DNA from: Gammaproteobacteria bacterium
Lineage (GTDB): Bacteria > Pseudomonadota > Gammaproteobacteria > JABDGN01
Direction: 5' to 3'
DNA: 55,924 nucleotides
Assembly: GCA_034112285.1 (NCBI GenBank)
Contig: JAWUVP010000035.1
Span: forward strand, 1-55,924
A program made the translations under genes and the position numbers. Positions 30,739 to 40,580 of the stretch are shown here, in pieces (position 1 is the first letter of the stretch; each line of letters begins with the position of its first letter). Under the pieces are notes generated by a model, which saw only the letters and a program-made list of their open reading frames with translations, had not been told where the DNA came from and did no database searches.

Positions 30739-31290
30739 TTACATAGGAAATAACTCGTAACTCACACTACTAAGGTATGCACCTTGAGTAAGCTGTTGAC
30801 CAGCGCCCATAGTCACCGTAATTGCTGATTCCTCAAGATCTCCAGCAGCATTAACACAACCTGGATTCGATGATCCTTGTAGCATGACATTCTCATTAGG
30901 CCTCAAATCAATACCATCAATTTGTATAGAAAAAGTGGCTGCTGCAGCTTGAGGGTCAGCTAAGTTTGGCATAGTAAACAAATCCCCTCCAGCATCAACA
31001 TTAGTCGACGAAGCTATTAAGCCCACTTGTGGACGCGTTCCATCATTTCTTTCTAAATTACTAAACAAACAGACGTTGTTTGCTGTTTCTGTTTTTTGAG
31101 TACCGTCATAACTCTCAAAAACAACAACGCCACCCTCACCTAGAGTCATTTGCACCTGTCCACCTATTTGCATATGGACGTCCATAACACTAGTTGATGT
31201 AGGACCCATTGGACCATCAATCGCATAAGCAGAACCCGAAATCATCAAAGTTGCCGCCGCTATCATCATTAAAGTTTTGTTAAATTTCAT
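30739..31290 (-). CDS. Probable major fimbrial subunit
   Basis: Signal peptide ending AYA; N-terminal extension IDGPMGPTSTS; two Cys; C-terminal GAYLSSVSYELFP; GAGG RBS. Confidence 0.7.
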   Translation of the reverse strand: MKFNKTLMMIAAATLMISGSAYAIDGPMGPTSTSVMDVHMQIGGQVQMTLGEGGVVVFESYDGTQKTETANNVCLFSNLERNDGTRPQVGLIASSTNVDAGGDLFTMPNLADPQAAAATFSIQIDGIDLRPNENVMLQGSSNPGCVNAAGDLEESAITVTMGAGQQLTQGAYLSSVSYELFPM

Positions 31291-31334
31291 GTTGTTACCT
31301 CGCTAAAGTTAATATAATAAACTTGTTCAAAGTA

Positions 31335-31386
31335 ACATCCGTGTAGGCCGTCTCTTATATTGAGAGGTAAGTGATAATCCGTATCA
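31335..31386 (-). promoter_or_regulatory. Two CsrA/RsmA-type binding hairpins in the pilin leader
   Basis: Minus strand TGATA-CGGAT-TATCA and ACACGGATGT. Confidence 0.55.
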
Positions 31387-31627
31387 TCAATGTATGATTA
31401 AAATATAGACCATAAAAAATATTTTGCACGATATGTCTTGATTTTTTTCATTTAATTTGCTAGAGCCCTTAAGGCTGCGTTAAGGTTTGAGCTAAGCCAT
31501 TGTTTTTTAAGGGTTTTGATTTTAACGGCTAAGACTGGCACGTTGAAATTAATCCTGGAATATACTGATTGCAGCGGCTGCCGGTAAATGATATCTTCGC
31601 GTCTTTCATATATATAGTAATAGGCTC

Positions 31628-33112
31628 ATGGAACATAAATCATTAAAGCTCTTGCTCACCACCATGCCGCGTGGCATGTGGCCTATTCTCATGTTGCAAA
31701 TGTTGCTTGTCGGCACTTTTGCCATTTTGGTTACCGGTGTTCACGGCGTAGCCAACAATAGCCTGCATGATTCAACGCTACAGGCCACAGAGCTTGTGAG
31801 TACTTTTATTGTGCTGCAATATAGCGCGCATGTAGTGGCCGGTGTCATTGGTGGACGTCTGTTTAGCTTTCGTAGCTTAATGGTTATTGCACTTTTCTTA
31901 GAGTTAGCGGGGCTATTTGGGCTATGTTCTTATTTGCATTGGGCCATATCATTATCTGTTGCGCTGATCTCCGCAGGGTTTGGCCTTAGCCTAGCTTGTA
32001 ATAATTGCCTCCTGACACAACTGTTTAAACCAGAAGATAAGCGCCGCGAACTCGCTTTTTATTGGCTCTATGCGGTGATGAATTTCGCCTACTTTTTTGG
32101 TCTTATAGCTAATATACTGAGCAAAAAACTCAGCGGCGCGCATACGACTTCGTTATTAATTCTTTGCATTTTCTGTGTTATTTTTGCAGGCTTTATACTT
32201 ACTCTAAATTGGCGAAAACTCGGCGACCGCGCCACTTACGCTCTGGGCCTTAGCACCCTTAAAACTCAAAAAATGAAAATTTTGGGCGTCGTTATATTAG
32301 TGCTAACCACTCTGTCTATCTACACGGGCCTTATTCACCCTGTCTATAATACAGTTAGCATCCTGGTCTGCGCGGTACTGTTATTGTGTGTGTTAAGCAT
32401 CCTCAACAGCCGGCAAAAATTGGCCAGCGTAAAAAAAAGATTATGGGTTAGCTTAATCTTCTGGCTGCTGGGCATTATTTTTTGGGCCTTATACTTTCTT
32501 ATTCCAATGGGGCTTTTTATACTATTACATGTCCGTGCCGCGCAGACATTGCTTGGCCAGACCATTGGCCCTAATATATATAATATTATTCCCATTGCTA
32601 TTATTGCCATAATTGGCCCAGTGGTAGGCTATGGCTTATATTGTTTGCGCCAACGTAAGGTAAATATTTCCATTCCATTGCAGTTCACTATAGCCTTTGC
32701 CTTGTTAGGAATTTGTTTTTCAATTATCGCCACGGCCAATGTTTTAAGAGGCCACAGTGTTTTACTGCCCGCGGCAATACTGGTACTGATTGCCGTGTTT
32801 CAAGCTTTTGCCGAAATGTTTTTACAACCTGCGGGGCTATCAATGGTGGGCCAGCTTGCCCCCATTGGCCTGCAAGGTATTTTGATGGGCGCCTGGATGA
32901 TAGTCACCGGCATTGCCAACAGTGCTACCAGCCAAGTCACCCCGTGGCTACAACACGAACATATTGTTTCTCTTAACCCCGCAATGGATAATACTATTTT
33001 GTCTACATTCGGGCTAAGTTGCTTTTTTATCGCCATTGTCTTGATTGTGTTTACGCCAACCTTACACAAATTTATTCAATATCGCTCCCTGAATCCTAAT
33101 CTGAAATCATAA
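31628..33112 (+). CDS. MFS transporter, POT/oligopeptide:H+ symporter-like (divergent)
   Basis: About 14 TM segments; DKRRELAFYWLYAVMN, AEMFLQPAGLSMV, MGAWM; the N-terminal ExxERF motif is not visible. Confidence 0.75.
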   Translation: MEHKSLKLLLTTMPRGMWPILMLQMLLVGTFAILVTGVHGVANNSLHDSTLQATELVSTFIVLQYSAHVVAGVIGGRLFSFRSLMVIALFLELAGLFGLCSYLHWAISLSVALISAGFGLSLACNNCLLTQLFKPEDKRRELAFYWLYAVMNFAYFFGLIANILSKKLSGAHTTSLLILCIFCVIFAGFILTLNWRKLGDRATYALGLSTLKTQKMKILGVVILVLTTLSIYTGLIHPVYNTVSILVCAVLLLCVLSILNSRQKLASVKKRLWVSLIFWLLGIIFWALYFLIPMGLFILLHVRAAQTLLGQTIGPNIYNIIPIAIIAIIGPVVGYGLYCLRQRKVNISIPLQFTIAFALLGICFSIIATANVLRGHSVLLPAAILVLIAVFQAFAEMFLQPAGLSMVGQLAPIGLQGILMGAWMIVTGIANSATSQVTPWLQHEHIVSLNPAMDNTILSTFGLSCFFIAIVLIVFTPTLHKFIQYRSLNPNLKS

Positions 33113-33131
33113 CGAACTATAGAGTACTACT

Positions 33132-34472
33132 ATGTTTAATCAATTAACTGAACGCCTCGGCAAAACCCTTAAAAATTTACGCGGTGTCGGCCGCTTAACC
33201 GAAGACAACATTAAAGATGTTAGCCGTGATATTCGCATGGCGTTGCTCGAGGCCGATGTGGCCTTGCCGGTAATTAAAGAAGTCATCGCCCAAGTTAAAA
33301 CCAAAGCCTTAGGCAGTGAAGTGCTCACCAGCTTAAACCCCGGGCAAGCTTTTATTAAAATTGTCAAAGATGAGCTCACGCAAATTATGGGTGAAGCCAA
33401 CAGCGTCTTAGATTTGCGCGCCCAAGCGCCTGCCGTGGTGATGGTAGCCGGCTTGCAAGGTGCGGGTAAAACGACCTCGGTGGGTAAGCTAGCTAAATAC
33501 TTACAAGAAAAACAAAAGAAATCGGTGATGGTAGCCAGTGCCGATGTCTATCGCCCGGCGGCAATAAAACAATTAGAAACCTTAGCACAAAGTGTAGGCG
33601 CTAAATTTTTCCCCTCTGATGTTAAGCAAAAGCCCGAAAAAATTGCCCTGGATGCGATTGAAGCGGCTAAAAAACAAAATGTTGACGTGTTATTGCTGGA
33701 TACCGCCGGCCGCTTAAGCGTTGATGAAGCCATGATGGACGAAATAAAATGCTTACACGCTGCCGTTAACCCCATAGAAACCTTATTTGTAGTCGACAGC
33801 ATGACCGGCCAAGATGCGGCCAACACTGCGAAAGCATTTAATGAAGCCTTGCCGTTAACCGGTGTGATTTTGACCAAGGCTGATGGTGATGCACGGGGTG
33901 GCGCTGCCCTCTCAGTGCGTTACATTACCGGTAAGCCTATTAAATTTATCGGTGTGGGTGAAAAAGTCGATGCGCTTGAGCCGTTTCACCCCGAGCGCGT
34001 TGCTTCACAAATTCTAGGCATGGGTGACATGCTCAGCTTGATTGAAGACTTAGAAGGCAAAGTTGATAAACAGCAAGCCGACAAAATGGCGCAAAAATTA
34101 AAAAAAGGTAAACGCTTTACCTTGCAAGATTTTGCCAACCAATTACAGCAAATGGATAAAATGGGCGGCATGTCAAAAATCATGAGCAAAATGCCCGGCC
34201 TGCCCAACATACCCGCCGGTGCGGTTGAGAAAATGCAAAACAGCTCCATGACTGTGCAAATGCTCGCCATCATTCGCTCTATGACCAAGCAAGAGCGCAA
34301 GCACCCCGATGTGATTAAAGCCTCTCGTAAGCGCCGCATTGCCACCGGATCGGGCACGCAAGTGCAAGACGTAAACCGTTTACTGAAACAGTTTATGCAA
34401 ATGCAAAAAATGTTGAAGAAATTTGGCAAAAACCCCGCTAAGTTACAAGGGCTAATGCAAGGAATGATGTAA
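33132..34472 (+). CDS. ffh: Signal recognition particle protein
   Basis: ALLEADV, GLQGAGKTT, DTAGRL, DGDARGGAALS, Met-rich M domain. Confidence 0.98.
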   Translation: MFNQLTERLGKTLKNLRGVGRLTEDNIKDVSRDIRMALLEADVALPVIKEVIAQVKTKALGSEVLTSLNPGQAFIKIVKDELTQIMGEANSVLDLRAQAPAVVMVAGLQGAGKTTSVGKLAKYLQEKQKKSVMVASADVYRPAAIKQLETLAQSVGAKFFPSDVKQKPEKIALDAIEAAKKQNVDVLLLDTAGRLSVDEAMMDEIKCLHAAVNPIETLFVVDSMTGQDAANTAKAFNEALPLTGVILTKADGDARGGAALSVRYITGKPIKFIGVGEKVDALEPFHPERVASQILGMGDMLSLIEDLEGKVDKQQADKMAQKLKKGKRFTLQDFANQLQQMDKMGGMSKIMSKMPGLPNIPAGAVEKMQNSSMTVQMLAIIRSMTKQERKHPDVIKASRKRRIATGSGTQVQDVNRLLKQFMQMQKMLKKFGKNPAKLQGLMQGMM

Positions 34473-34473
34473 A

Positions 34474-36306
34474 ATGTCACGCTTTGACAGCTTTCAAGAT
34501 CCTTATCGCTTAAAACGCTTATTTAAACAGCGTACGCTGCTGGTTTTAGCTTTAGTCTGCTTTTTATTTGTGGTGTTATTGTATCGCCTAATTTATTTGC
34601 AAGTTGTCGAGCATAAGTATTACACCACCTTAGCGCTAAACAATAGCATTAGCTTAGTGCCCCTGCCCCCCACTCGCGGTTTAATTTATGATCGCAATGG
34701 CGTGTTGCTCGCCAGTAATATTGCTGTTTACAATCTGAATATAATTCCCGACAAAGTCCCAGATATCGCAGCAACCATCTATGCCTTAAAAAAGTTTATT
34801 GCTTTAACCCCCACAGATATTGAAGCGTTTTATCACGAAAAAAATCAAAAGCGTGCATTTGAATCCGTGCCCCTAAAAGTTAATTTATCCGCACAAGATG
34901 TTGCCAAATTTATGGTTAACCGTTACCAATTCCCAGGGGTGGATATTAAAGCGGCTTTAATTCGCCATTATCCGTTTGCGAACGACTTAGCGCCTGTTTT
35001 GGGCTATGTGGGACGAATTAATGAAAATGACTTGCTCAATGTTGATCCCAGCAACTACGCGGCCACTAACTACATTGGCAAAATTGGTATTGAAAATTAT
35101 TTTGAATCACAACTTCATGGCCAAGTGGGCTATCAACAAATTGAAACCGATGCCACCGGGCAACAAGTACGCGTGTTAAAGCGCACCCCACCACTTGATG
35201 GCAAAAATTTATATTTAACGATCGACAGTAAACTACAAGAGGCCGCGCTAAAGGCAATGCATGATTACCGTGGCGCCTTAGTGGCCATTCAGCCCAGCAC
35301 CGGCCAAGTTCTGGCCTTGGTGTCAACGCCCTCTTACAACCCCAATCTTTTTGTTAACGGCATTAGCAACCAACAATATCACGCGCTACAAACCTCAAAG
35401 CAGCAGCCGCTGTTTAACCGCGCTATCCGTGGGCAATATCCCTTTGGCTCTACTATTAAAGTGTTTTATTCCTTGGCCGGTTTGGCCGGTGGCTTTACCA
35501 CACCTGATTTTACGATTTACGATCCGGGCTTTTATAAAATTGGCGGACACGTGTTTCACGATGAAGCAAAAAATATTTATGTAAACCTCGAAAAAGCACT
35601 CGAAGTGTCTTCCGACACCTATTTTTATCGCCTATCCTTAAAAATGGGGATTACGGTCATGGATAATGTCTTACATGACTTTGGTTTTGGCCAATACACC
35701 AATATACAAATGAAAGAAGAATTACCCGGGCTGGTTGCCTCACCCGCGTGGAAATTAAAAACGCGAGGCCATCGTTGGTTTTCTGGTGATACTTTAAACA
35801 GTAGTATTGGCCAAGGCGCCATGTTAACCACTCCAGTGCAGTTGGCCAGCGCCACCGCCGCCATGGCCGAACATGGCAAACGTTTTCAACCCACATTACT
35901 TTACAAGTCTACCGATGGAAATGGCTCGGTGTATCAACCTATTCCCACACCGTTATCCTCGGTTATCGTTAAAGCCTCTTATTGGAACACCGTAATCCAA
36001 GGTATGATAAATGTGATTCGTGGCCCACAAGGCACCGGCTGGCGTTTTGGCAAACCGCCATATTCGGTTGCCGCCAAAACCGGTACAGCGCAAGTCTATA
36101 GTTTGCGCGGTGCGAAATATATTTTAGCCAATGTGCCCAAACGCTTGCGCGATAACTCGCTGTTTATTGCTTTTGCGCCGGTAAAAAACCCACAAATTGC
36201 TATTGCAGTTGTGGTTCAGGGCGCGTCCATGGCACCCAAAGTGGCACGCGAAGTGATGGATTATTATTTATTACCGCACAACAACATGGCCGACAACAAA
36301 CACTAA
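34474..36306 (+). CDS. mrdA: Penicillin-binding protein 2
   Basis: RGLIYDRNG, STIK, SSD, KTGTAQ. Confidence 0.95.
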   Translation: MSRFDSFQDPYRLKRLFKQRTLLVLALVCFLFVVLLYRLIYLQVVEHKYYTTLALNNSISLVPLPPTRGLIYDRNGVLLASNIAVYNLNIIPDKVPDIAATIYALKKFIALTPTDIEAFYHEKNQKRAFESVPLKVNLSAQDVAKFMVNRYQFPGVDIKAALIRHYPFANDLAPVLGYVGRINENDLLNVDPSNYAATNYIGKIGIENYFESQLHGQVGYQQIETDATGQQVRVLKRTPPLDGKNLYLTIDSKLQEAALKAMHDYRGALVAIQPSTGQVLALVSTPSYNPNLFVNGISNQQYHALQTSKQQPLFNRAIRGQYPFGSTIKVFYSLAGLAGGFTTPDFTIYDPGFYKIGGHVFHDEAKNIYVNLEKALEVSSDTYFYRLSLKMGITVMDNVLHDFGFGQYTNIQMKEELPGLVASPAWKLKTRGHRWFSGDTLNSSIGQGAMLTTPVQLASATAAMAEHGKRFQPTLLYKSTDGNGSVYQPIPTPLSSVIVKASYWNTVIQGMINVIRGPQGTGWRFGKPPYSVAAKTGTAQVYSLRGAKYILANVPKRLRDNSLFIAFAPVKNPQIAIAVVVQGASMAPKVAREVMDYYLLPHNNMADNKH

Positions 36307-36332
36307 GTGAACTGACGGAGCACTGACTCAAC

Positions 36333-37469
36333 ATGCAACAAACAAATTTTTTACAACGCTTAGTCAACCAACGCCATGCCCAGCACAAAACCGGCTGGCA
36401 ACGCTTACATCTAGACCCTCAGTTATTTTTGGCGCTAGTACTTCTCTGTGTGTACGGTTTACTCGTATTGCTCAGCGCCAGCAACGACAGTCACCTGGTA
36501 CTTTACAAACAAATGGGCCGTATTGTATTAGGTTTTGCAGTCATGTTTATCTGCGCACAAATACCACCCGAAAAATATCGTGCCTGGGTACCCTGGGTTT
36601 TTAGTGCCGGCATTTTTTTGCTGCTATTAGTGTTAGTGTTTGGCCACACCGGTAAAGGTGCAGAGCGTTGGTTAAACCTAGGCCTGTTTCGCTTTCAACC
36701 TTCAGAATTTATGAAAGTTGCCGTGCCCCTGATGGTGGCGTGGTATTTAAGTGAAAAAGATTTACCACCAAAGTTAAAACCCTTACTCGTGAGTCTTGTC
36801 ATTATGTTATTGCCGGCGTTATTAATTGCCAAGCAACCAGACTTGGGCACCGCGTTGATGATTTTAATTGCCAGCTCTAGCGTTATTTTATTTGCCGGTA
36901 TCGGCTGGCGCATTTTACTCAGTGTGGGCAGCCTGCTGCTAATCTCTGCCCCAGTACTATGGCACTTTATGCGCACCTACCAGCGCGATCGGGTGTTAAC
37001 GTTTTTAAACCCCGATCGCGATCCACTGGGTGCGGGTTATCATATTATTCAATCAAAAATTGCCATTGGCTCAGGCGGCGTGTTTGGTAAAGGCTGGTTT
37101 CAGGGCACGCAATCACACTTAAATTTTTTACCTGAACACACCACTGATTTTATTTTTTCGGTGCTAGGCGAAGAGTTTGGTTTGCTTGGTGCTATGGTCT
37201 TACTGCTATTGTATTTATTCGTGGTGTTTCGCGCATTGCGCATTGCCTACACCGCCACCGACAATTTCACCCGCTTGGTGGCAGGCAGCTTAGCACTCAG
37301 CTTTTTCTTTTCAGTCTTTGTGAATATTGGCATGGTGTGTGGCATATTGCCGGTGGTAGGCATTCCCTTACCTTTAATTAGCTATGGCGGCACCTCGGTA
37401 GTGACTGTGCTGGCCAGTTTCGGTATACTCATGTCCATTCGCACCCACAAACGGATTGTTCGCCAATGA
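36333..37469 (+). CDS. rodA: Rod shape-determining protein RodA
   Basis: FQPSEFMK, QPDLGT, PEHTTDFIFS, PLISYGGTS. Confidence 0.95.
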   Translation: MQQTNFLQRLVNQRHAQHKTGWQRLHLDPQLFLALVLLCVYGLLVLLSASNDSHLVLYKQMGRIVLGFAVMFICAQIPPEKYRAWVPWVFSAGIFLLLLVLVFGHTGKGAERWLNLGLFRFQPSEFMKVAVPLMVAWYLSEKDLPPKLKPLLVSLVIMLLPALLIAKQPDLGTALMILIASSSVILFAGIGWRILLSVGSLLLISAPVLWHFMRTYQRDRVLTFLNPDRDPLGAGYHIIQSKIAIGSGGVFGKGWFQGTQSHLNFLPEHTTDFIFSVLGEEFGLLGAMVLLLLYLFVVFRALRIAYTATDNFTRLVAGSLALSFFFSVFVNIGMVCGILPVVGIPLPLISYGGTSVVTVLASFGILMSIRTHKRIVRQ

Positions 37470-38473
37470 TACGCATTTTATGTTGCCTAGTCTTAATATG
37501 TTCCACCTTTACCAGCTGGGCCGATAGTGCCACGCCTAAAGAAAAAACCGCCATTACTCACTTTATCGATAACATGGTAAAAAAGCACCATTTCAATCGG
37601 CAACATTTGCAAACCCTACTGGGAAAATTAACCGTTAAGCATAAAGCCATTAATGCTATGAACAAGCCGTATGAGGCAAAACCTTGGCACAAATACCAAC
37701 CCTTATTTGTTACCGAATCGCGTATTTTGGGTGGGGTTAAATTTTGGCATAAATACCGCAATGTATTAAAAAGCGTCAGCGCCAAAACTGGCGTGCCGCC
37801 ACAAATTATCGTCGCCATTATTGGCGTGGAAAGCCGCTATGGTAAGCATAAAGGCAACTACCCCACTCTCCAAGCCTTATATACCTTCGCGTTCTTTTAC
37901 CCTAGGCGTGAGAAATTTTTTACCAAAGAATTAACCCAGTTTTTATTACTTTGCCGTGAACAAGGCTGGAACCCGCTCGACATCAAAGGCTCCTATGCCG
38001 GCGCCATGGGTCAACCACAATTTATGCCCAGCAGTTATCGTGCTTACGGGCTAGGCTATGCCAAACCTAAACAAGTTAATTTATTTAACTCTGAACCCGA
38101 TGTCATTGCCAGTGTCGCTAATTATTTTGTTAAAAACGGCTGGCAAAAAAATCAACCTATTACCACCAAGGTTACCAACACGACCTGGTTACAAAAACCG
38201 GTGCCCATTGCCAGCAGCCAACAACGGCTGAAAAAGCCACTAATACCGTTGACCTATTTCACTCAATACGGCGTGGACTTAACCCATAAAATCACTGGTA
38301 ATTTACCCGCCATGATGATGCAGTTTAGCTTGGTCAAAGGCAAAGCCTATTGGTTAGGCTTTCAAAATTTTTATGTTATCACCCGGTATAACACCAGTAT
38401 TTTATATAGCTTAGCGGTCGTGAAGCTGTCACGCGAATTGGCCAAACGCTACCAGCGAGATTACCCTAACTAA
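37466..38473 (+). CDS. mltB: Lytic murein transglycosylase B
   Basis: IIGVESRYG, GSYAGAMGQPQFMPSSY, ITRYN. Confidence 0.92.
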   Translation: MIRILCCLVLICSTFTSWADSATPKEKTAITHFIDNMVKKHHFNRQHLQTLLGKLTVKHKAINAMNKPYEAKPWHKYQPLFVTESRILGGVKFWHKYRNVLKSVSAKTGVPPQIIVAIIGVESRYGKHKGNYPTLQALYTFAFFYPRREKFFTKELTQFLLLCREQGWNPLDIKGSYAGAMGQPQFMPSSYRAYGLGYAKPKQVNLFNSEPDVIASVANYFVKNGWQKNQPITTKVTNTTWLQKPVPIASSQQRLKKPLIPLTYFTQYGVDLTHKITGNLPAMMMQFSLVKGKAYWLGFQNFYVITRYNTSILYSLAVVKLSRELAKRYQRDYPN

Positions 38474-39264
38474 TGTATCGACTGTGTGGCCTTGTTCTAA
38501 TTTGCAGCTTGCTAGCGTCTTGCGCTACCCGCGACGGCTTGCCGCGTAATTATCGCTCGTTTGATGCTAAAGATATTCCCGATGCCGTGCCCCAAGTTGA
38601 ACCCAAAAGCCGCTATGGCAATCCACCTTCTTATGTGGTGCTGGGCAAACGCTATCATGTTTTAAAAAGCGCACACTGCTATAAAGCTAAAGGCAAAGCT
38701 TCTTGGTATGGCACCATGTTTCACGAGCGCCTCACCTCCAGCCGTGAACCCTATAATATGTACAAAATGACCGCTGCTAACAAAGTCTTGCCCCTGCCTA
38801 CTTATGTTCGGGTGCACAATTTAGACAATGGCCGCACCATTATTGTCAAGGTCAACGATCGCGGGCCCTTTCATGTTGACCGGGTTATTGATTTGTCGTT
38901 TGCGGCAGCAAAAAGAATGGGTATGATTGCTAAAGGCACCGCGAATGTGGAAATTGAAGCCATTGACCCTCGCCATCCCAATGCCAGCTGTGATGCCCCT
39001 CAAGCCAATATCAAAAAGGCCACCGGCAAGGCGCAACCCTACTTGCAATTTGGCGCCTACGGCACTAAAAACACTGCCGACAAGTTAGCCAATCGCTTAG
39101 TGCCTCACAGTGAAGACGGCGTGTATGTGCGCGAGAGCCAAGCCAACAACAACCCGCTTTATAAAGTCCAGGTTGGGCCCTTTACCGATGCTGCGGCTGC
39201 AAACACCGCAATGATAAAATTCAAGCAATTAGGCTTTAATGGCGTGTTCACAGTGGTGCGATAG
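38473..39264 (+). CDS. rlpA: Septal ring lytic transglycosylase RlpA
   Basis: Lipobox LASC, GKASWYG, VNDRGPF, C-terminal SPOR domain. Confidence 0.93.
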   Translation: MYRLCGLVLICSLLASCATRDGLPRNYRSFDAKDIPDAVPQVEPKSRYGNPPSYVVLGKRYHVLKSAHCYKAKGKASWYGTMFHERLTSSREPYNMYKMTAANKVLPLPTYVRVHNLDNGRTIIVKVNDRGPFHVDRVIDLSFAAAKRMGMIAKGTANVEIEAIDPRHPNASCDAPQANIKKATGKAQPYLQFGAYGTKNTADKLANRLVPHSEDGVYVRESQANNNPLYKVQVGPFTDAAAANTAMIKFKQLGFNGVFTVVR

Positions 39265-39311
39265 TGCGTAACTTATGATAAAGTACAGCCTTTCAATGTA
39301 GAGGATGTTTT

Positions 39312-40580
39312 ATGCGCCGTTTAGCCCATTTTTGTGTTGTGCTTTTTTTACTCAGCTCTGTGCCCTTGGCCAGTTTTGCTGCTGATAAAGCTAAAACGCC
39401 CCCTATCACCCAGCCCGCAACAGCTAAACCAGCTAAAAATGCCTGGGCTTCGTACCTTGTTCCTGCAGCGCCGGCTATTGATGCAAAATCTTATGTCTTG
39501 ATGGACGTGCAAAGCGGTAAAGTATTGGCGCAAAAAAAGGCCAACATCAAAATGCCTCCGGCTAGCTTAACCAAGTTAATGACCCTTTACATCGTTTTTA
39601 AAGAGCTCGCTTCAGGGCGTATCAACCTCACTGATAAAGTCACCATTAGTAAAGTTGCTTGGAAAACCGGCGGTTCACGCATGTTTGTAAAATTGGGCAA
39701 CCAAGTTAGCGTGCAAAACCTTATTCAGGGCGTTATAGTTGACTCCGGTAACGACGCCACCATGGCCTTAGCCGAATTTGTTGGCAGCACCGTGCCTACC
39801 TTTACGCAAATGATGAATCAACAAGCCAAAATATTAGGCATGACTGAATCGCACTTTTCAGACCCCACCGGCTTACCCATGCCCGACCATTTAACCACTG
39901 CGCATGACTTATCACTCTTAGCCAGAGCCACTATTATGCAATTCCCGCAGTACTACCACTTTTTTGGTGAGAAATGGTTAACCTGGAATAAAATTCGCCA
40001 ACCCAATCGCAACCGTCTGTTATGGCGCAGCATTGGCGTTGATGGTATGAAAACCGGACACACAGCCGCAGCCGGATTTTGCCAAATAAGCTCAGGCATT
40101 CAACACGGCACACGCTTATTGTCTGTGGTCATGGGCACCCCAACCGACATGGCGCGCGCCGATGAAAGCCAAAAAATATTAAGCTATGGTTTTCGCTTTT
40201 TCCAGTCAGCACAAATTTACAAAGCTGACGAAGTGATTAGCCAGCAACGTGTTTGGAAAGGTGAAGATAAAAATGTCGCCTTAGGCGTAGCAAAAGATTT
40301 TTATGTCACCATCCCTCATTCAGCTTATGCAGACTTAAAAGTAGGCTTAACGATTGACTCTAAAATCATGGCGCCGATTACCAAAGGCCAACAGTTAGGT
40401 GAAATTACAGTTTCCCTAAAAGGCAACGCCGTGGCCACAGCAGAGCTAGTAGCACTGAAGGCTGATCCAGCCGGCGGTTGGTTTACCCGCTTTATTGATG
40501 CTATTGCCCACTTTTTTCATAACTTATTTCACGGCAGCAAAACACAACAAGTAGTAGTGGGCGGTGAGAAAACATCATGA
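39312..40580 (+). CDS. dacA: D-alanyl-D-alanine carboxypeptidase (PBP5/6)
   Basis: SLTK, SGN, KTG motifs. Confidence 0.9.
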   Translation: MRRLAHFCVVLFLLSSVPLASFAADKAKTPPITQPATAKPAKNAWASYLVPAAPAIDAKSYVLMDVQSGKVLAQKKANIKMPPASLTKLMTLYIVFKELASGRINLTDKVTISKVAWKTGGSRMFVKLGNQVSVQNLIQGVIVDSGNDATMALAEFVGSTVPTFTQMMNQQAKILGMTESHFSDPTGLPMPDHLTTAHDLSLLARATIMQFPQYYHFFGEKWLTWNKIRQPNRNRLLWRSIGVDGMKTGHTAAAGFCQISSGIQHGTRLLSVVMGTPTDMARADESQKILSYGFRFFQSAQIYKADEVISQQRVWKGEDKNVALGVAKDFYVTIPHSAYADLKVGLTIDSKIMAPITKGQQLGEITVSLKGNAVATAELVALKADPAGGWFTRFIDAIAHFFHNLFHGSKTQQVVVGGEKTS

